Shown piece after piece: positions 54,925 to 63,552 of a DNA stretch of 64,000 nt (its first letter is position 1; the number at the start of each line of letters is the position of its first letter). Below the pieces are notes generated by a model that was not told the origin of the DNA, searched no databases, and worked only from the letters and a program-made list of their open reading frames with translations. Made by a program: the position numbers and the translations under genes. This DNA comes from a virus: the IMG/VR virus record IMGVR_UViG_3300010373_000001, positions 32,001-96,000 of that record, one strand, 5' to 3'.

Positions 54925-55241
54925 ACGACAACAACTTCATCGTATTCGTTGTTCTTTGGCATTTGGCCTGACACATAAGAAGGCAGATCATCAAAGTGCA
55001 TTGCTGAGCTTATAGCATCAAGAAATGCCTCGTTCACGTTGTAATTAAAACCAGCAGCGGCCAGAGCACTGCCAATATTGCTGATGTATCCTCTTGGGGA
55101 GTTAGAGGGAGATCCGCCAATCTTCCCTGTCACTGCTGCTAATGCCTCAGCTTCACGCTGAGTCAGGGTCAGAACTACTCCCGCCTCCCTTGTTTTGTGG
55201 GACTTTCGTAGTTCCAGAGTCGCTCTTGTTGCCTTTGCCAT
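54921..55241 (-). CDS. Hypothetical protein
   Basis: Start at MAKATR; V.LTL...EAE.L..V...IGG.P..SPR motif. Confidence 0.55.
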   Translation of the reverse strand: MAKATRATLELRKSHKTREAGVVLTLTQREAEALAAVTGKIGGSPSNSPRGYISNIGSALAAAGFNYNVNEAFLDAISSAMHFDDLPSYVSGQMPKNNEYDEVVVV

Positions 55242-55446
55242 TTTCTTCCTCCATATACTCAATTTCAGCAATTGAATGTCCTAGATCCTGAAACACCTGT
55301 ACTGTTTCCAGTACCTTCTCGCCGGGAACAATTATGTGAACGTCAGCATCTCCCCATCCTGCCAGAAGCCACATACTGTTTTCCGGGTCAGAAGGATCAT
55401 CCCATTCGGGAGGATAGTCTAGTGTGATGTGAATTTTGCACAACAT
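55153..55446 (-). CDS. Hypothetical protein
   Basis: RBS GGAGG; acidic. Confidence 0.45.
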   Translation of the reverse strand: MLCKIHITLDYPPEWDDPSDPENSMWLLAGWGDADVHIIVPGEKVLETVQVFQDLGHSIAEIEYMEEENGKGNKSDSGTTKVPQNKGGGSSSDPDSA

Positions 55447-55459
55447 GATCCCTCCTGAG

Positions 55460-55807
55460 TTACGCGATTAGTTTCCAGTCCCCATTTTCGAATGTATGAA
55501 CAAGAAGATTCTCTGACCTCATGGATTCCTCTACCATCTGCTCAGGAGTTTTACCTCCCCAGGCAGCCTGTAACCTGATCCATGTTTGCATCTGAGATGT
55601 TTCTGCCATCCGTCTCCATGCCGTTTTTGAGTTCTGATCCTGTGATCTTTGCTCCCGGCATTCTCCACGGGCACCAGAAGGATGATGAATCCAGCGGACA
55701 CCAGTTTCCCTCTTATTCTGGTTTTGCCCGCCTTTTCCTCCTGACCGGAAAGTTTGCCTTTCGCAATCCTCCGGCTTGATAGAGAAGAGTAATTCTTTCT
55801 TAGCCAT
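55460..55807 (-). CDS. RF-1-domain (GGQ) peptidyl-tRNA hydrolase / release-factor-like protein
   Basis: FRSGGKGGQNQNKRETGVR..H.PSG......RSQ.QN...A. Confidence 0.88.
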   Translation of the reverse strand: MAKKELLFSIKPEDCERQTFRSGGKGGQNQNKRETGVRWIHHPSGARGECREQRSQDQNSKTAWRRMAETSQMQTWIRLQAAWGGKTPEQMVEESMRSENLLVHTFENGDWKLIA

Positions 55808-55808
55808 G

Positions 55809-55882
55809 AGCCGGATGTAGGAATCGAACCTACGACACCCGCGTTACAAAGGCGGTGCTCTATGCCACTGAGCTAAACCGGC
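55809..55882 (-). tRNA. tRNA-Thr(TGT)
   Basis: Loop TTTGTAA. Confidence 0.9.
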
Positions 55883-55885
55883 GTA

Positions 55886-56074
55886 TCAGGAAGTTACCTT
55901 CCTGGTGGAAGTACTGTAGAAGCCGCTTCCTTTAAATACTACTGCGGGTACAGAGAATTTCTTTACCATAACCGTGCCGCAGGAACATTCCTGTTCCTGA
56001 TCAGCTTCCGAAATAGGAAGAGTGATAACTCTTGTATCTCCGCAGAATGGGCACCTGTAATCGTATGCGGGCAT
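55886..56074 (-). CDS. FmdB-family zinc ribbon protein
   Basis: MP.YDYRC..CG...C.CG..M.K..S...V.FKGSGFY.T. Confidence 0.85.
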   Translation of the reverse strand: MPAYDYRCPFCGDTRVITLPISEADQEQECSCGTVMVKKFSVPAVVFKGSGFYSTSTRKVTS

Positions 56075-56383
56075 TACGTCCTGCGAGTAGCTAGATATGC
56101 GGTGCCGATAATAACAAGCACAACTACGATAAGAATGTGCAGTACGGACCCGAAAAGCAAGTTAAACATAGCTGCCTCCCGCTAGTGGATAAAGTAATGA
56201 CCGATTGGATATGCTCCATAGACACCAATACCGATGCCGATTATCATGATAACGATGCCCGGCACCGATTTTTCTGCCTTTTTCGGCACACTAGCTGCCA
56301 GCAGGATTCCCCCTACAAAGCAAAGCCAGCGTACTAAGTTCATAGCTTGAAACATAGTACCTCCCAGATTATATTTCTTAAAG

Positions 56384-56454
56384 CTCCCCCACCAGGACTC
56401 GAACCTAGATCAATTGGTTAACAGCCAGCCGTTCTGCCATTGAACTATAGGGGA
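56384..56454 (-). tRNA. tRNA-Asn(GTT)
   Basis: Loop CTGTTAA, U1-A72, G73. Confidence 0.92.
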
Positions 56455-56457
56455 TTG

Positions 56458-56511
56458 TGGAGCCGGGAAAGTTTACCTAGGAACTTAATAGGGGCGCTAC
56501 CCCAACCCGGC
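56458..56511 (-). ncRNA. Candidate mini tRNA-like RNA ending in U-CCA
   Basis: gccggg/cccggc-T-CCA enclosing two hairpins; starts at the predicted transcription start. Confidence 0.4.
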
Positions 56512-56518
56512 GACTCCT

Positions 56519-56547
56519 AGCATAGCATAGGGCAGGGGCCTTGTCAA
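56519..56547 (-). promoter_or_regulatory. Sigma70-type promoter
   Basis: TTGACA-N17-TATGCT with upstream AAAAGTTTT. Confidence 0.75.
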
Positions 56548-56580
56548 CCCCTGCCCTATTAAAACTTTTATTCAGCTATC

Positions 56581-56943
56581 TTATGCTGCCGGAGCGGGTG
56601 CGGGTGCTAGTGCGTCTACTGATGCCTGTGCTGCCTGAAGATCAGCCATTGGCTGACTTAGACCTGCAACTGCTGCATTCAGTGCGGTAGTGTCTACACC
56701 ATTTGCCTGTAGCGCAGCAAGTTCTGCTGCAATATTTGCTACTGCTGTCTGTAGGTCTGCTGCTACTGCCGCTACACCTGACTCTTCGCTCTGAAGCGCC
56801 GCGATTGCTGCGTTTACGTCATCCTGTGCTGACATAATATCATCCAGCTTTCTGTGAGCAATCTTAAGAGACTCCCGTATCTCCCACAGCTCTCTGATTA
56901 TGTAATCTACTGGGGATTCTTCGTGGCAATTGTCTCTATCCAT
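56581..56943 (-). CDS. Ala-rich coiled-coil protein
   Basis: Heptad pattern. Confidence 0.55.
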   Translation of the reverse strand: MDRDNCHEESPVDYIIRELWEIRESLKIAHRKLDDIMSAQDDVNAAIAALQSEESGVAAVAADLQTAVANIAAELAALQANGVDTTALNAAVAGLSQPMADLQAAQASVDALAPAPAPAA

Positions 56944-56991
56944 GGCTCTATACTATCATTTTTCTTGGCGGTTTGTGTAATATTTTGGCTG

Positions 56992-57759
56992 TTACTGGCC
57001 TGTCATATCGTTAAAATCCTGAATAAGTGCGTCCAGGCTGAATCCGTCAACGTCAGTTCCGCTGGCAGTGATCCACTCTTTATCGATGACAACCCAAGCC
57101 TCTTCAACGTAATGCTGAGAGAACTGAATGTTCATTGGGTGCAGTTCGCCCCAGGTTACAATGTCAAGAATATCTGGTGTGCCTGTCTGATTCATCTTCT
57201 GAAGTACGATGCAGTGACCGCCCTCAATAGGTGATCCTGCTTCATATCTCCACGGCAGTCCGTTATTGAACTGATCCATAGCTGATGATGGGAAATTGAT
57301 ACCAAGATACACTGTGCCAAAGAGATACAGTGCCTTGCGAAGATTTGCTGTGTGGTAGAAATCCTCAAGCTCGGCGTAGGCATCGATCTTATGACCGGCT
57401 ACCCCATTCTTCTGCCAGTAGTCAAGCACGTCCTGCATAACAGCACCATTGTCTGTTGAAGGATCGCCCGGTACATAGCCTCCTGTAGCCTCATACAGCT
57501 TCAGGATAGTATTATCGGTAAGATCTACCTCTGTGCCGCCATATGCTGATAGAGCCTGCTCAGCATGCCCTACTCCTGCGGCAGTGCAATCGCCTAGCTG
57601 ATCGTTAAGATACATAGGCCATGAGCTTACTTTTGAAGCTCTGTCTACTACAGGCGGTACTACGATCTTAGATAGATCGAAGTGATCCTCAAGTGATACT
57701 CTTGGGTGTGTGCTTTTAGGATGCGGAGCAAGACGCCCCAGCTTTCCTGCTTGTCTCAT
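56992..57759 (-). CDS. Papain-like cysteine peptidase-family protein
   Basis: NDQLGDCT (catalytic Cys), GGHC (His), VTWG. Confidence 0.7.
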   Translation of the reverse strand: MRQAGKLGRLAPHPKSTHPRVSLEDHFDLSKIVVPPVVDRASKVSSWPMYLNDQLGDCTAAGVGHAEQALSAYGGTEVDLTDNTILKLYEATGGYVPGDPSTDNGAVMQDVLDYWQKNGVAGHKIDAYAELEDFYHTANLRKALYLFGTVYLGINFPSSAMDQFNNGLPWRYEAGSPIEGGHCIVLQKMNQTGTPDILDIVTWGELHPMNIQFSQHYVEEAWVVIDKEWITASGTDVDGFSLDALIQDFNDMTGQ

Positions 57760-57800
57760 GTTTTCTCCTGATTAGCTTGGTTACGCTAATCAGTATATCA

Positions 57801-58235
57801 TCACGAAATCAGACCTCGCACGTATTTCTCGGCCTCAAAATCTGCTGCTGCCGCAACATGGATTCCGCCATGACCTCTGTGATGAAACTCGCAAAGCCAC
57901 TCAAAGTTATCTCCTGATTCTACCCATGCCCCGACACTGTTAGGATCAGAGATACCAGGATAATCGACCTCAAGCCATTTCAGGTCAACACCGTTCTGAA
58001 GAGAGAACTCTACGTGTGCGTGGTGCAATTCCAGTGGCTTGTCTAGTGAGCACTCAGAGAAGTCGTTTCTGTGTGCGCCGATTTTGCACTGTGCTGTCTT
58101 GTGAGTCTTTTTCCTGTATGCCTCAAAATCAACGTAATGAGGATCGCTGGTCCTGGCGGGATGCTCAGGGTAGTGCATGATGTACTTGTGCGATGAAAGC
58201 TGAATATGCGCTGATACAGCGGTGTCGTCAGACAT
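57801..58235 (-). CDS. His/Cys-rich HNH-like protein
   Basis: Start at MSDDTA; LELHH..VE...N...LC..HH....GIH. Confidence 0.5.
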   Translation of the reverse strand: MSDDTAVSAHIQLSSHKYIMHYPEHPARTSDPHYVDFEAYRKKTHKTAQCKIGAHRNDFSECSLDKPLELHHAHVEFSLQNGVDLKWLEVDYPGISDPNSVGAWVESGDNFEWLCEFHHRGHGGIHVAAAADFEAEKYVRGLIS

Positions 58236-58291
58236 AAAAAACCTCTGGTATAGATGTGATATTTTCCTCACATCATGATACCAGAGGTTCC

Positions 58292-58744
58292 TTAATACCA
58301 GCATTTACCCGTACTTGAGTTAACGGGATGATTTGGTGTATTAACACAGTAAATGGCCCATATTCCGCAGGGTGTGCCCCATCTTCCATGAATATAAGCT
58401 GCCCCCCATCTTATCTGGGCTTTCCAGTCTCCTAGATTGTAAGGATGACCGTGGCCCAAGGATTGCGGGATTCCGTAAGCCCCAGAAGAGTTCTGAGCGT
58501 AAGGACTCCATCCCGACTCAGCATTCCACAGAGCTACAAGACATCTTTGCTGTGCGGGATTATTATGGAATACGTGCTGAGCGTAACACTGCTCTACGGC
58601 AATGCGGGAATGGCTATGACAGTTTGCGGCGCTTATACTGCCTAATACGGGATCAGTGCCTTTATGAGAGAAGTACAGGAATACTGCTACCAGAATCAGC
58701 AGCGCCATACCGCCTGAACTCTTCTTTGGCTTCTTTTTCGCCAT
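58292..58744 (-). CDS. Membrane-anchored lytic transglycosylase-like protein
   Basis: CL..LW..ESGW...A.N.SGAYGIPQ...QI.WG..YI..R.G.PC. Confidence 0.8.
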   Translation of the reverse strand: MAKKKPKKSSGGMALLILVAVFLYFSHKGTDPVLGSISAANCHSHSRIAVEQCYAQHVFHNNPAQQRCLVALWNAESGWSPYAQNSSGAYGIPQSLGHGHPYNLGDWKAQIRWGAAYIHGRWGTPCGIWAIYCVNTPNHPVNSSTGKCWY

Positions 58745-58763
58745 GGCACCCTCCCATCGTCAG

Positions 58764-58934
58764 TTAATCCACTAACATCGCCTTGAATATCAATTCAGTA
58801 TTATTCGTTATCTCTTCCAGATAGCCGAGGATAACGGCTTTAAGATCGTCATCGAACTCGTCACCGTTATCCTCGACTTCCTGGTACAGTTCATCAGCAA
58901 GATTGCTGATTTCCCTGAGGCTTGCTGTGTCCAC
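58764..58934 (-). CDS. Small acidic protein (56 aa)
   Basis: Manual translation from GTG: MDTASLREISNLADELYQEVEDNGDEFDDDLK... Confidence 0.45.
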   Translation of the reverse strand: MDTASLREISNLADELYQEVEDNGDEFDDDLKAVILGYLEEITNNTELIFKAMLVD

Positions 58935-59368
58935 TAAAAATCTCCGTCATCTACCTGCAATGTCCTTATGCCGATCTTCCTCCACATTGCGACAACCTGA
59001 GAGCGGTCGTCTATGCAGACGAGGATATCATAGTGTTCAGCGATGTGCTCACGGAAAATCTCGTACTTGATTATGAAATCTTTACGGTGATCTCCCGTTT
59101 TACGCATGAGTAGCAGATAAGAACCGGGCTCAAACCCGAATCTTGCCAGCCACTCAATTGTGGCTTCACGACAGGAATCTTCCCTGCCAGACACGAAGAT
59201 GATGCTGTTACCAGCATCCTTAAGTGCTGCAACTACTTCGATTATTTCCGGGATGGGAAGGTCATCAGAGACTTTAGAGTACTCATAGTGACCTCGCATC
59301 TGCTCGCCCACCTCGTTATAGTGGGAAGCCATCGTACCGTCAAGATCAACGATGATAGCTCTCGGCAT
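58934..59368 (-). CDS. HAD 3'-phosphatase (T4 PNKP/PseT phosphatase-domain-like)
   Basis: VDLDGT, VSGR, LLMR..GD.R.D...K, DDR.QV..MWR..G...LQV..GDF. Confidence 0.85.
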   Translation of the reverse strand: MPRAIIVDLDGTMASHYNEVGEQMRGHYEYSKVSDDLPIPEIIEVVAALKDAGNSIIFVSGREDSCREATIEWLARFGFEPGSYLLLMRKTGDHRKDFIIKYEIFREHIAEHYDILVCIDDRSQVVAMWRKIGIRTLQVDDGDF

Positions 59369-59410
59369 GTTAACGGGCGGGATATATCTCTTTAACTCTA
59401 CTTCCTCGAT

Positions 59411-60265
59411 CTAAACCACCCACTCCATCGTCTTTGTGTTCAGAACAAACCAGTTGCCCGGTGTGCCATCCATATCCAGGCCGTCTACTCTTACTTTGGC
59501 CCAGTTCGTGCTGAGAACCCTTGTGTACTGTCTGTGCATGTGTCCATGCATAAGGTACTCTGGCTGAACTTCGTTAACTATGCCCTGAAGCAAGTTTCTG
59601 TGTGCGTCAGCTTCTTGTGTTTCCTTATGCGGGAACATGCCTACAGGAAGATCAAGAAATACCATAGACGGGCAGTCATGCGTGATCATAACATCACACT
59701 TTCCGCCAGCCTTGATAAACTCTGCCTGCTCTGGTGTGATAGTCTCCTGAGTCCACCAGGACTTGTTCAGTACCCGCCATTGCTTATCAACTGATACTGC
59801 ACCACCACAGGCAAGCCACTTCCTGTTATGCCACTCCCACCTTTTGCCTCGCGGCAGATGGAATAGGTTCTCCCTTATCTGTACAGAGCCGTCCCAGATG
59901 TTACTTCCTAGATCCGGTACTGTGTATCTGCGTGCTCTGTTCTCAAGATGCCTGAAATTCTCATGATTACCATCAATGAAGAACAGTACTGCATCGTGCT
60001 TCATTAGTGCCGCACTGATTTTCCTGCGGTACTTCTCGCCGCCTTTTCCTGGCCAGATACCAAAATCCCCAAGATGAAGGATCAGGGGATATGGTTCGTC
60101 CTTGAGAACTTCAGAAGCTTTCCTGATAGTCTCGTACGCCCAGAGGTTGTTTCCGTGCCAGTCTCCAGCGACTACGATTTTTTCCGGGATCGGCTTGTCC
60201 CGAAGAACTTGCGGCAGCAAGAAGCTCGTCGCCTCTGCTGTCATTGCCGTCATCATTTTCAACAC
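59411..60265 (-). CDS. Calcineurin-like metallophosphoesterase (start uncertain)
   Basis: GDWHG, LGDFG, DGNHE, GGA.SVD, THDCP, HGHMH. Confidence 0.88.
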   Translation of the reverse strand: MLKMMTAMTAEATSFLLPQVLRDKPIPEKIVVAGDWHGNNLWAYETIRKASEVLKDEPYPLILHLGDFGIWPGKGGEKYRRKISAALMKHDAVLFFIDGNHENFRHLENRARRYTVPDLGSNIWDGSVQIRENLFHLPRGKRWEWHNRKWLACGGAVSVDKQWRVLNKSWWTQETITPEQAEFIKAGGKCDVMITHDCPSMVFLDLPVGMFPHKETQEADAHRNLLQGIVNEVQPEYLMHGHMHRQYTRVLSTNWAKVRVDGLDMDGTPGNWFVLNTKTMEWVV

Positions 60266-60474
60266 CCACTACTTTCAGTGGCGGAACAGGAAGCATTGGC
60301 ACCATTGCTGGTGCTTCATCTTCTATTTTTATCCACCGTACTCTTCGCAGACTGTCCTCATGGTACTCTTCACTGTGCCTGAAATCCAGGTCACAGAGAA
60401 GGACAGCACTGCCCGGACTAAAGTGATCGTACAAGATTTCCTTGCATCTGGACATTGCTGCCCTCCTCTTCTGA

Positions 60475-60771
60475 TTAAAGCCTGCCCTCAGCCTTCAGCA
60501 TTGCAAGACCAGCAGCCGCAGTCGTGTTAATTGAACCTCGGCGCAGTGCTTCTGAGCCATCCAGGCCATCCTGAACAGAACTAGCAAGAGCATCGAAGTT
60601 CTCAGCAACGTACATGAGAATTTCGTGAATCTCCTGCATACTTGCCCACGGCATTTTAGCCTGGGCAATACGGATACCCTCTTCCGAATGCCTCTTCATC
60701 TCAGGGTCAGCATTGAAAAGCTCAACCGCAAGATCCAGGGCCATTTCCTTAAGATCACTGAAATCGTTCAT
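60475..60771 (-). CDS. Hypothetical protein
   Basis: Coupled ORF. Confidence 0.5.
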   Translation of the reverse strand: MNDFSDLKEMALDLAVELFNADPEMKRHSEEGIRIAQAKMPWASMQEIHEILMYVAENFDALASSVQDGLDGSEALRRGSINTTAAAGLAMLKAEGRL

Positions 60772-61022
60772 TATTTCTTCTTACCTCGTTTCTTGACCGG
60801 GAACCCTCCAGGCCCCAGTTCGCCTCGTCTGATTTTATCCTTGACTTCTGAACTAGTTGGTCTGTGTCTGTCTCTTGCAAGGTTACGTTCGTCTCGCATG
60901 CGTTCCAGCCTGTGCAGAAACCATATGAAGCCGAAGAACACGATAGCGCCCAGAATCAGCAGCCAGAAAGCATCACCGGCCAGCGTATTGAATACTGATG
61001 AAGCGCTAGCCGTGCTTTGCAT
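60771..61022 (-). CDS. Small membrane protein
   Basis: Single TM, basic tail. Confidence 0.5.
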   Translation of the reverse strand: MQSTASASSVFNTLAGDAFWLLILGAIVFFGFIWFLHRLERMRDERNLARDRHRPTSSEVKDKIRRGELGPGGFPVKKRGKKK

Positions 61023-61414
61023 GGTGAATCGTAGTTTTCACGCCGTTGTGAACGTGGTGGATCAGATCACCGATAGCAGCGAATACGTGGTTGTACCCAA
61101 CGAAAGCTGCCAGAACGATGATGAAGATAAGAATGATCCCGATCCACTTTCCTATCGTACCCAGTCCTGAGAACATCAGTTACCCTCCTCGCCGGAGCCA
61201 GAAACCTTCCTTGCCTTACGTCGCTTACTTGCCACAGCTTCGATGCTGAAGCCCACGATACAGGCCACGATGAACATCGTCACCAGTGATGGATGAATCA
61301 GAAATCCCACTGTTACCTCCTCTTGCCGAATCACAGTTACTTAGGTCTACGGTAGTTGCGTAATTTCCGTAATTATCAACTTCCATCGTTGCAACTTCCT
61401 CCAGTGTACCGAAC

Positions 61415-61443
61415 ACACTACACGACGGGCGGGCCGTTGTCAA
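61415..61443 (-). promoter_or_regulatory. Leftward promoter of divergent pair
   Basis: TTGACA-N17-TAGTGT. Confidence 0.7.
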
Positions 61444-61479
61444 GGGGTACGGCCAGGAAAGTTTTCCGGCCCCTAGGGG

Positions 61480-61508
61480 TTGACAGCCCGAGCGGGCTGT
61501 GCTACCAT
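61480..61508 (+). promoter_or_regulatory. Rightward promoter of divergent pair
   Basis: TTGACA-N17-TACCAT. Confidence 0.7.
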
Positions 61509-61564
61509 GAGGGTATGCCCGGTCACCGCTTCACGGTGCGGGCCACGTACAGGAGGTTAGAGAG

Positions 61565-61963
61565 TTGCACGAAGAGATTAAAGCACGGTGGGTTGCAGCG
61601 TTACGTGAGCCTGATCGTGTACAGGGAACAGGTCAGCTTAGAGATGAAGAGGGCAGACAGTGCTGTCTGGACGTACTGTGTGACCTAGCGGTTGCAGACG
61701 GTATTATCTCAGCCCCTAGTCTACTGCCTCCCTCAGTTACAGGGCTGGATCAGCCCGTATATGGTTATGCAGACAAGTACACGGTAAATTACTATCAGTG
61801 CGAGGTTCTTCCTAAAGAAGTTATGGAATGGGCCAAACTGAAGGATCAGAACCCGGCAGTTGACTACAGTGATAGTTTTTCCGATCTATCGGAACTCAAT
61901 GACGAATATCATCTGAGTTTTACTGAAATTGCTGACACCATCGAAGCTGACAGAGATATTTGA
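61565..61963 (+). CDS. Hypothetical phage protein
   Basis: IK..WV.ALR....QG.G.L......CCL.VLC...LND....SF.EIAD.IE; RBS AGGAGG. Confidence 0.7.
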   Translation: MHEEIKARWVAALREPDRVQGTGQLRDEEGRQCCLDVLCDLAVADGIISAPSLLPPSVTGLDQPVYGYADKYTVNYYQCEVLPKEVMEWAKLKDQNPAVDYSDSFSDLSELNDEYHLSFTEIADTIEADRDI

Positions 61964-62037
61964 TCTTCACTTCGCTCAGTTACCTTTGATATACTGACGG
62001 AAAGCACATATCAGGGGGAGGGTCGATAAAATTGAGT

Positions 62038-62202
62038 ATGTTTGAGTTTAGTACCCGTGATCTGGAACACGGAGTCTGCAAATTCTGCGAGAAGGATATT
62101 AGCAGGATGTCTCCCGTAAGAAAGTGGGAGACAGATTCCGGTCAGAACTGTGACAGTTCCCCTGATCGTGCTCATCATCCGAAGAGCAAAGGGGATAATT
62201 GA
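62038..62202 (+). CDS. Small Cys/His protein (54 aa)
   Basis: Manual translation: CKFC...W......C..SP...H.P. Confidence 0.45.
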   Translation: MFEFSTRDLEHGVCKFCEKDISRMSPVRKWETDSGQNCDSSPDRAHHPKSKGDN

Positions 62203-62467
62203 TGCCTAACGGTTTAACTCCCGAAGAAGTCTGCAAGCTGGAAGGTCATAACGCAAGACCTGGATCTAGTACTTGCAGCAGGTGCGGGAATAGAGTATAG
62301 TCCGTAAGTCTTTCTAGTCTCGGGAGGCAAGCATGGCTATCGTAATACATTTTACGTCTGGTCAGGCCGAAATCACTGAAGATGAAACAGAGAACGAAGA
62401 TAGGGAAGAGCAGGACTGCATCTGACGGGAAAGGCCGGTACGGTGAAAAGTTTTTAAGCCGTAGGTC

Positions 62468-62496
62468 TTGACAACCGGCCCCGTCCGGTGTATGGT
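62468..62496 (+). promoter_or_regulatory. Sigma70-type promoter
   Basis: TTGACA-N17-TATGGT with upstream AAAAGTTTTT. Confidence 0.75.
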
Positions 62497-62552
62497 GTAC
62501 GTCATCGCCCCAACCGGGGCAAGCTAGCTAGCGAAAAAGGAGGACACTTATT

Positions 62553-62801
62553 ATGTCCAAGATTGTTAAGGCCACTCAGGAGCACATCGATAAGGGTGTT
62601 CCGGGTAGTCCCTGCGGTTGCGCTCTTGCGCTCGCAATTAAGGATGCCTATGGCACTTCCGATGTTTCGGTGAACGGTTCTATCATCTCTGTTGATGGCA
62701 GGACCGCTGCTACTCAGCCGCCGCAGAAGTCGTTCATCAATGTCTTCGACACCAAGCCGAAGAGTGAGTCTAAGCCGACTGCGTTTGTGCTGGACCTCTG
62801 A
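62553..62801 (+). CDS. Hypothetical phage protein
   Basis: TQEHI.KG......C.LALA...FI..FD; RBS AGGAGG. Confidence 0.65.
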   Translation: MSKIVKATQEHIDKGVPGSPCGCALALAIKDAYGTSDVSVNGSIISVDGRTAATQPPQKSFINVFDTKPKSESKPTAFVLDL

Positions 62802-63151
62802 TGGCTGGAACTAAGCCGAAGAAGGGTGACAAGATCAAGGTTACCCGAAATGGCCTGGAAGTCGTTGACGTTACTGATAACCGGGTATGGGTGAAGGATT
62901 CGGAAGGTACTACACGTTCCTACTACTTCAGCGACATCGACTTTACGGTCACTGAGGTAGCTAAGCCCAAGCCTGATTACTGGCCGCCAAAGGCGAACGA
63001 TATCTGGAAGTCTGAGTCTTATAACGTGACTTATCACGTTCTCGGCTCAAAGGGTTACCGTACTACCTACTCAGGTAGTGTTTCCTCCGGCATTTCGGCA
63101 GAGGAAATGCTTAAGTACCCGGATCTTCGCCTGATCTGGCGCGATCTGTAA
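62801..63151 (+). CDS. Hypothetical protein, WPP family paralog
   Basis: YWPPKANDIW...YHVL...LRLIWR. Confidence 0.6.
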   Translation: MAGTKPKKGDKIKVTRNGLEVVDVTDNRVWVKDSEGTTRSYYFSDIDFTVTEVAKPKPDYWPPKANDIWKSESYNVTYHVLGSKGYRTTYSGSVSSGISAEEMLKYPDLRLIWRDL

Positions 63152-63180
63152 ATCCGGATAAGTTAAGACATAACGAGAAA

Positions 63181-63218
63181 TGAAGGGAGGCCACTGTACT
63201 TGGAGTGGCCTCCCTTCA
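63181..63218. terminator. 15-bp hairpin after WPP gene
   Basis: tgaagggaggccact/agtggcctcccttca. Confidence 0.5.
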
Positions 63219-63240
63219 CGCGATTGAGGACACATAAACT

Positions 63241-63552
63241 ATGGAGCAAATTTTCAGGGTAACAACGTCAGTTGCTCGCAACAAAGGTACTGTCAGGTAT
63301 GGCACCGCATTCAGGGCACATCGAATCTGGATGGCTAACAGGAATCAGCCTGACAACACTGTAACAGTTGAAGTTATGACTGGCGAGTTCCGTGATGTTA
63401 CAGCAGAATGGGAGGCAGGTAACTATGCAAGCACTCAGGAACCTGTGGAAGCGGTTACGGAAGTTGTCGTTCAGGAGGAATCTTCTGGCAGTGGCAATAC
63501 TAGCGATACTGTCAGTACTTCTGCCGTCAGCGGCCTGGGCTGGCCAGAATAG
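63241..63552 (+). CDS. Hypothetical protein
   Basis: RBS GAGG; 3' end overlaps the next ORF. Confidence 0.5.
   Translation: MEQIFRVTTSVARNKGTVRYGTAFRAHRIWMANRNQPDNTVTVEVMTGEFRDVTAEWEAGNYASTQEPVEAVTEVVVQEESSGSGNTSDTVSTSAVSGLGWPE

Noticed and set aside
36616-56454. Suppressor tRNAs, recoding or HDV-like ribozymes at tRNA 3' ends
   Set aside because: No CTA, TTA or TCA anticodons were found, genes translate cleanly in the standard code, and I could not identify an HDV-like core by eye.
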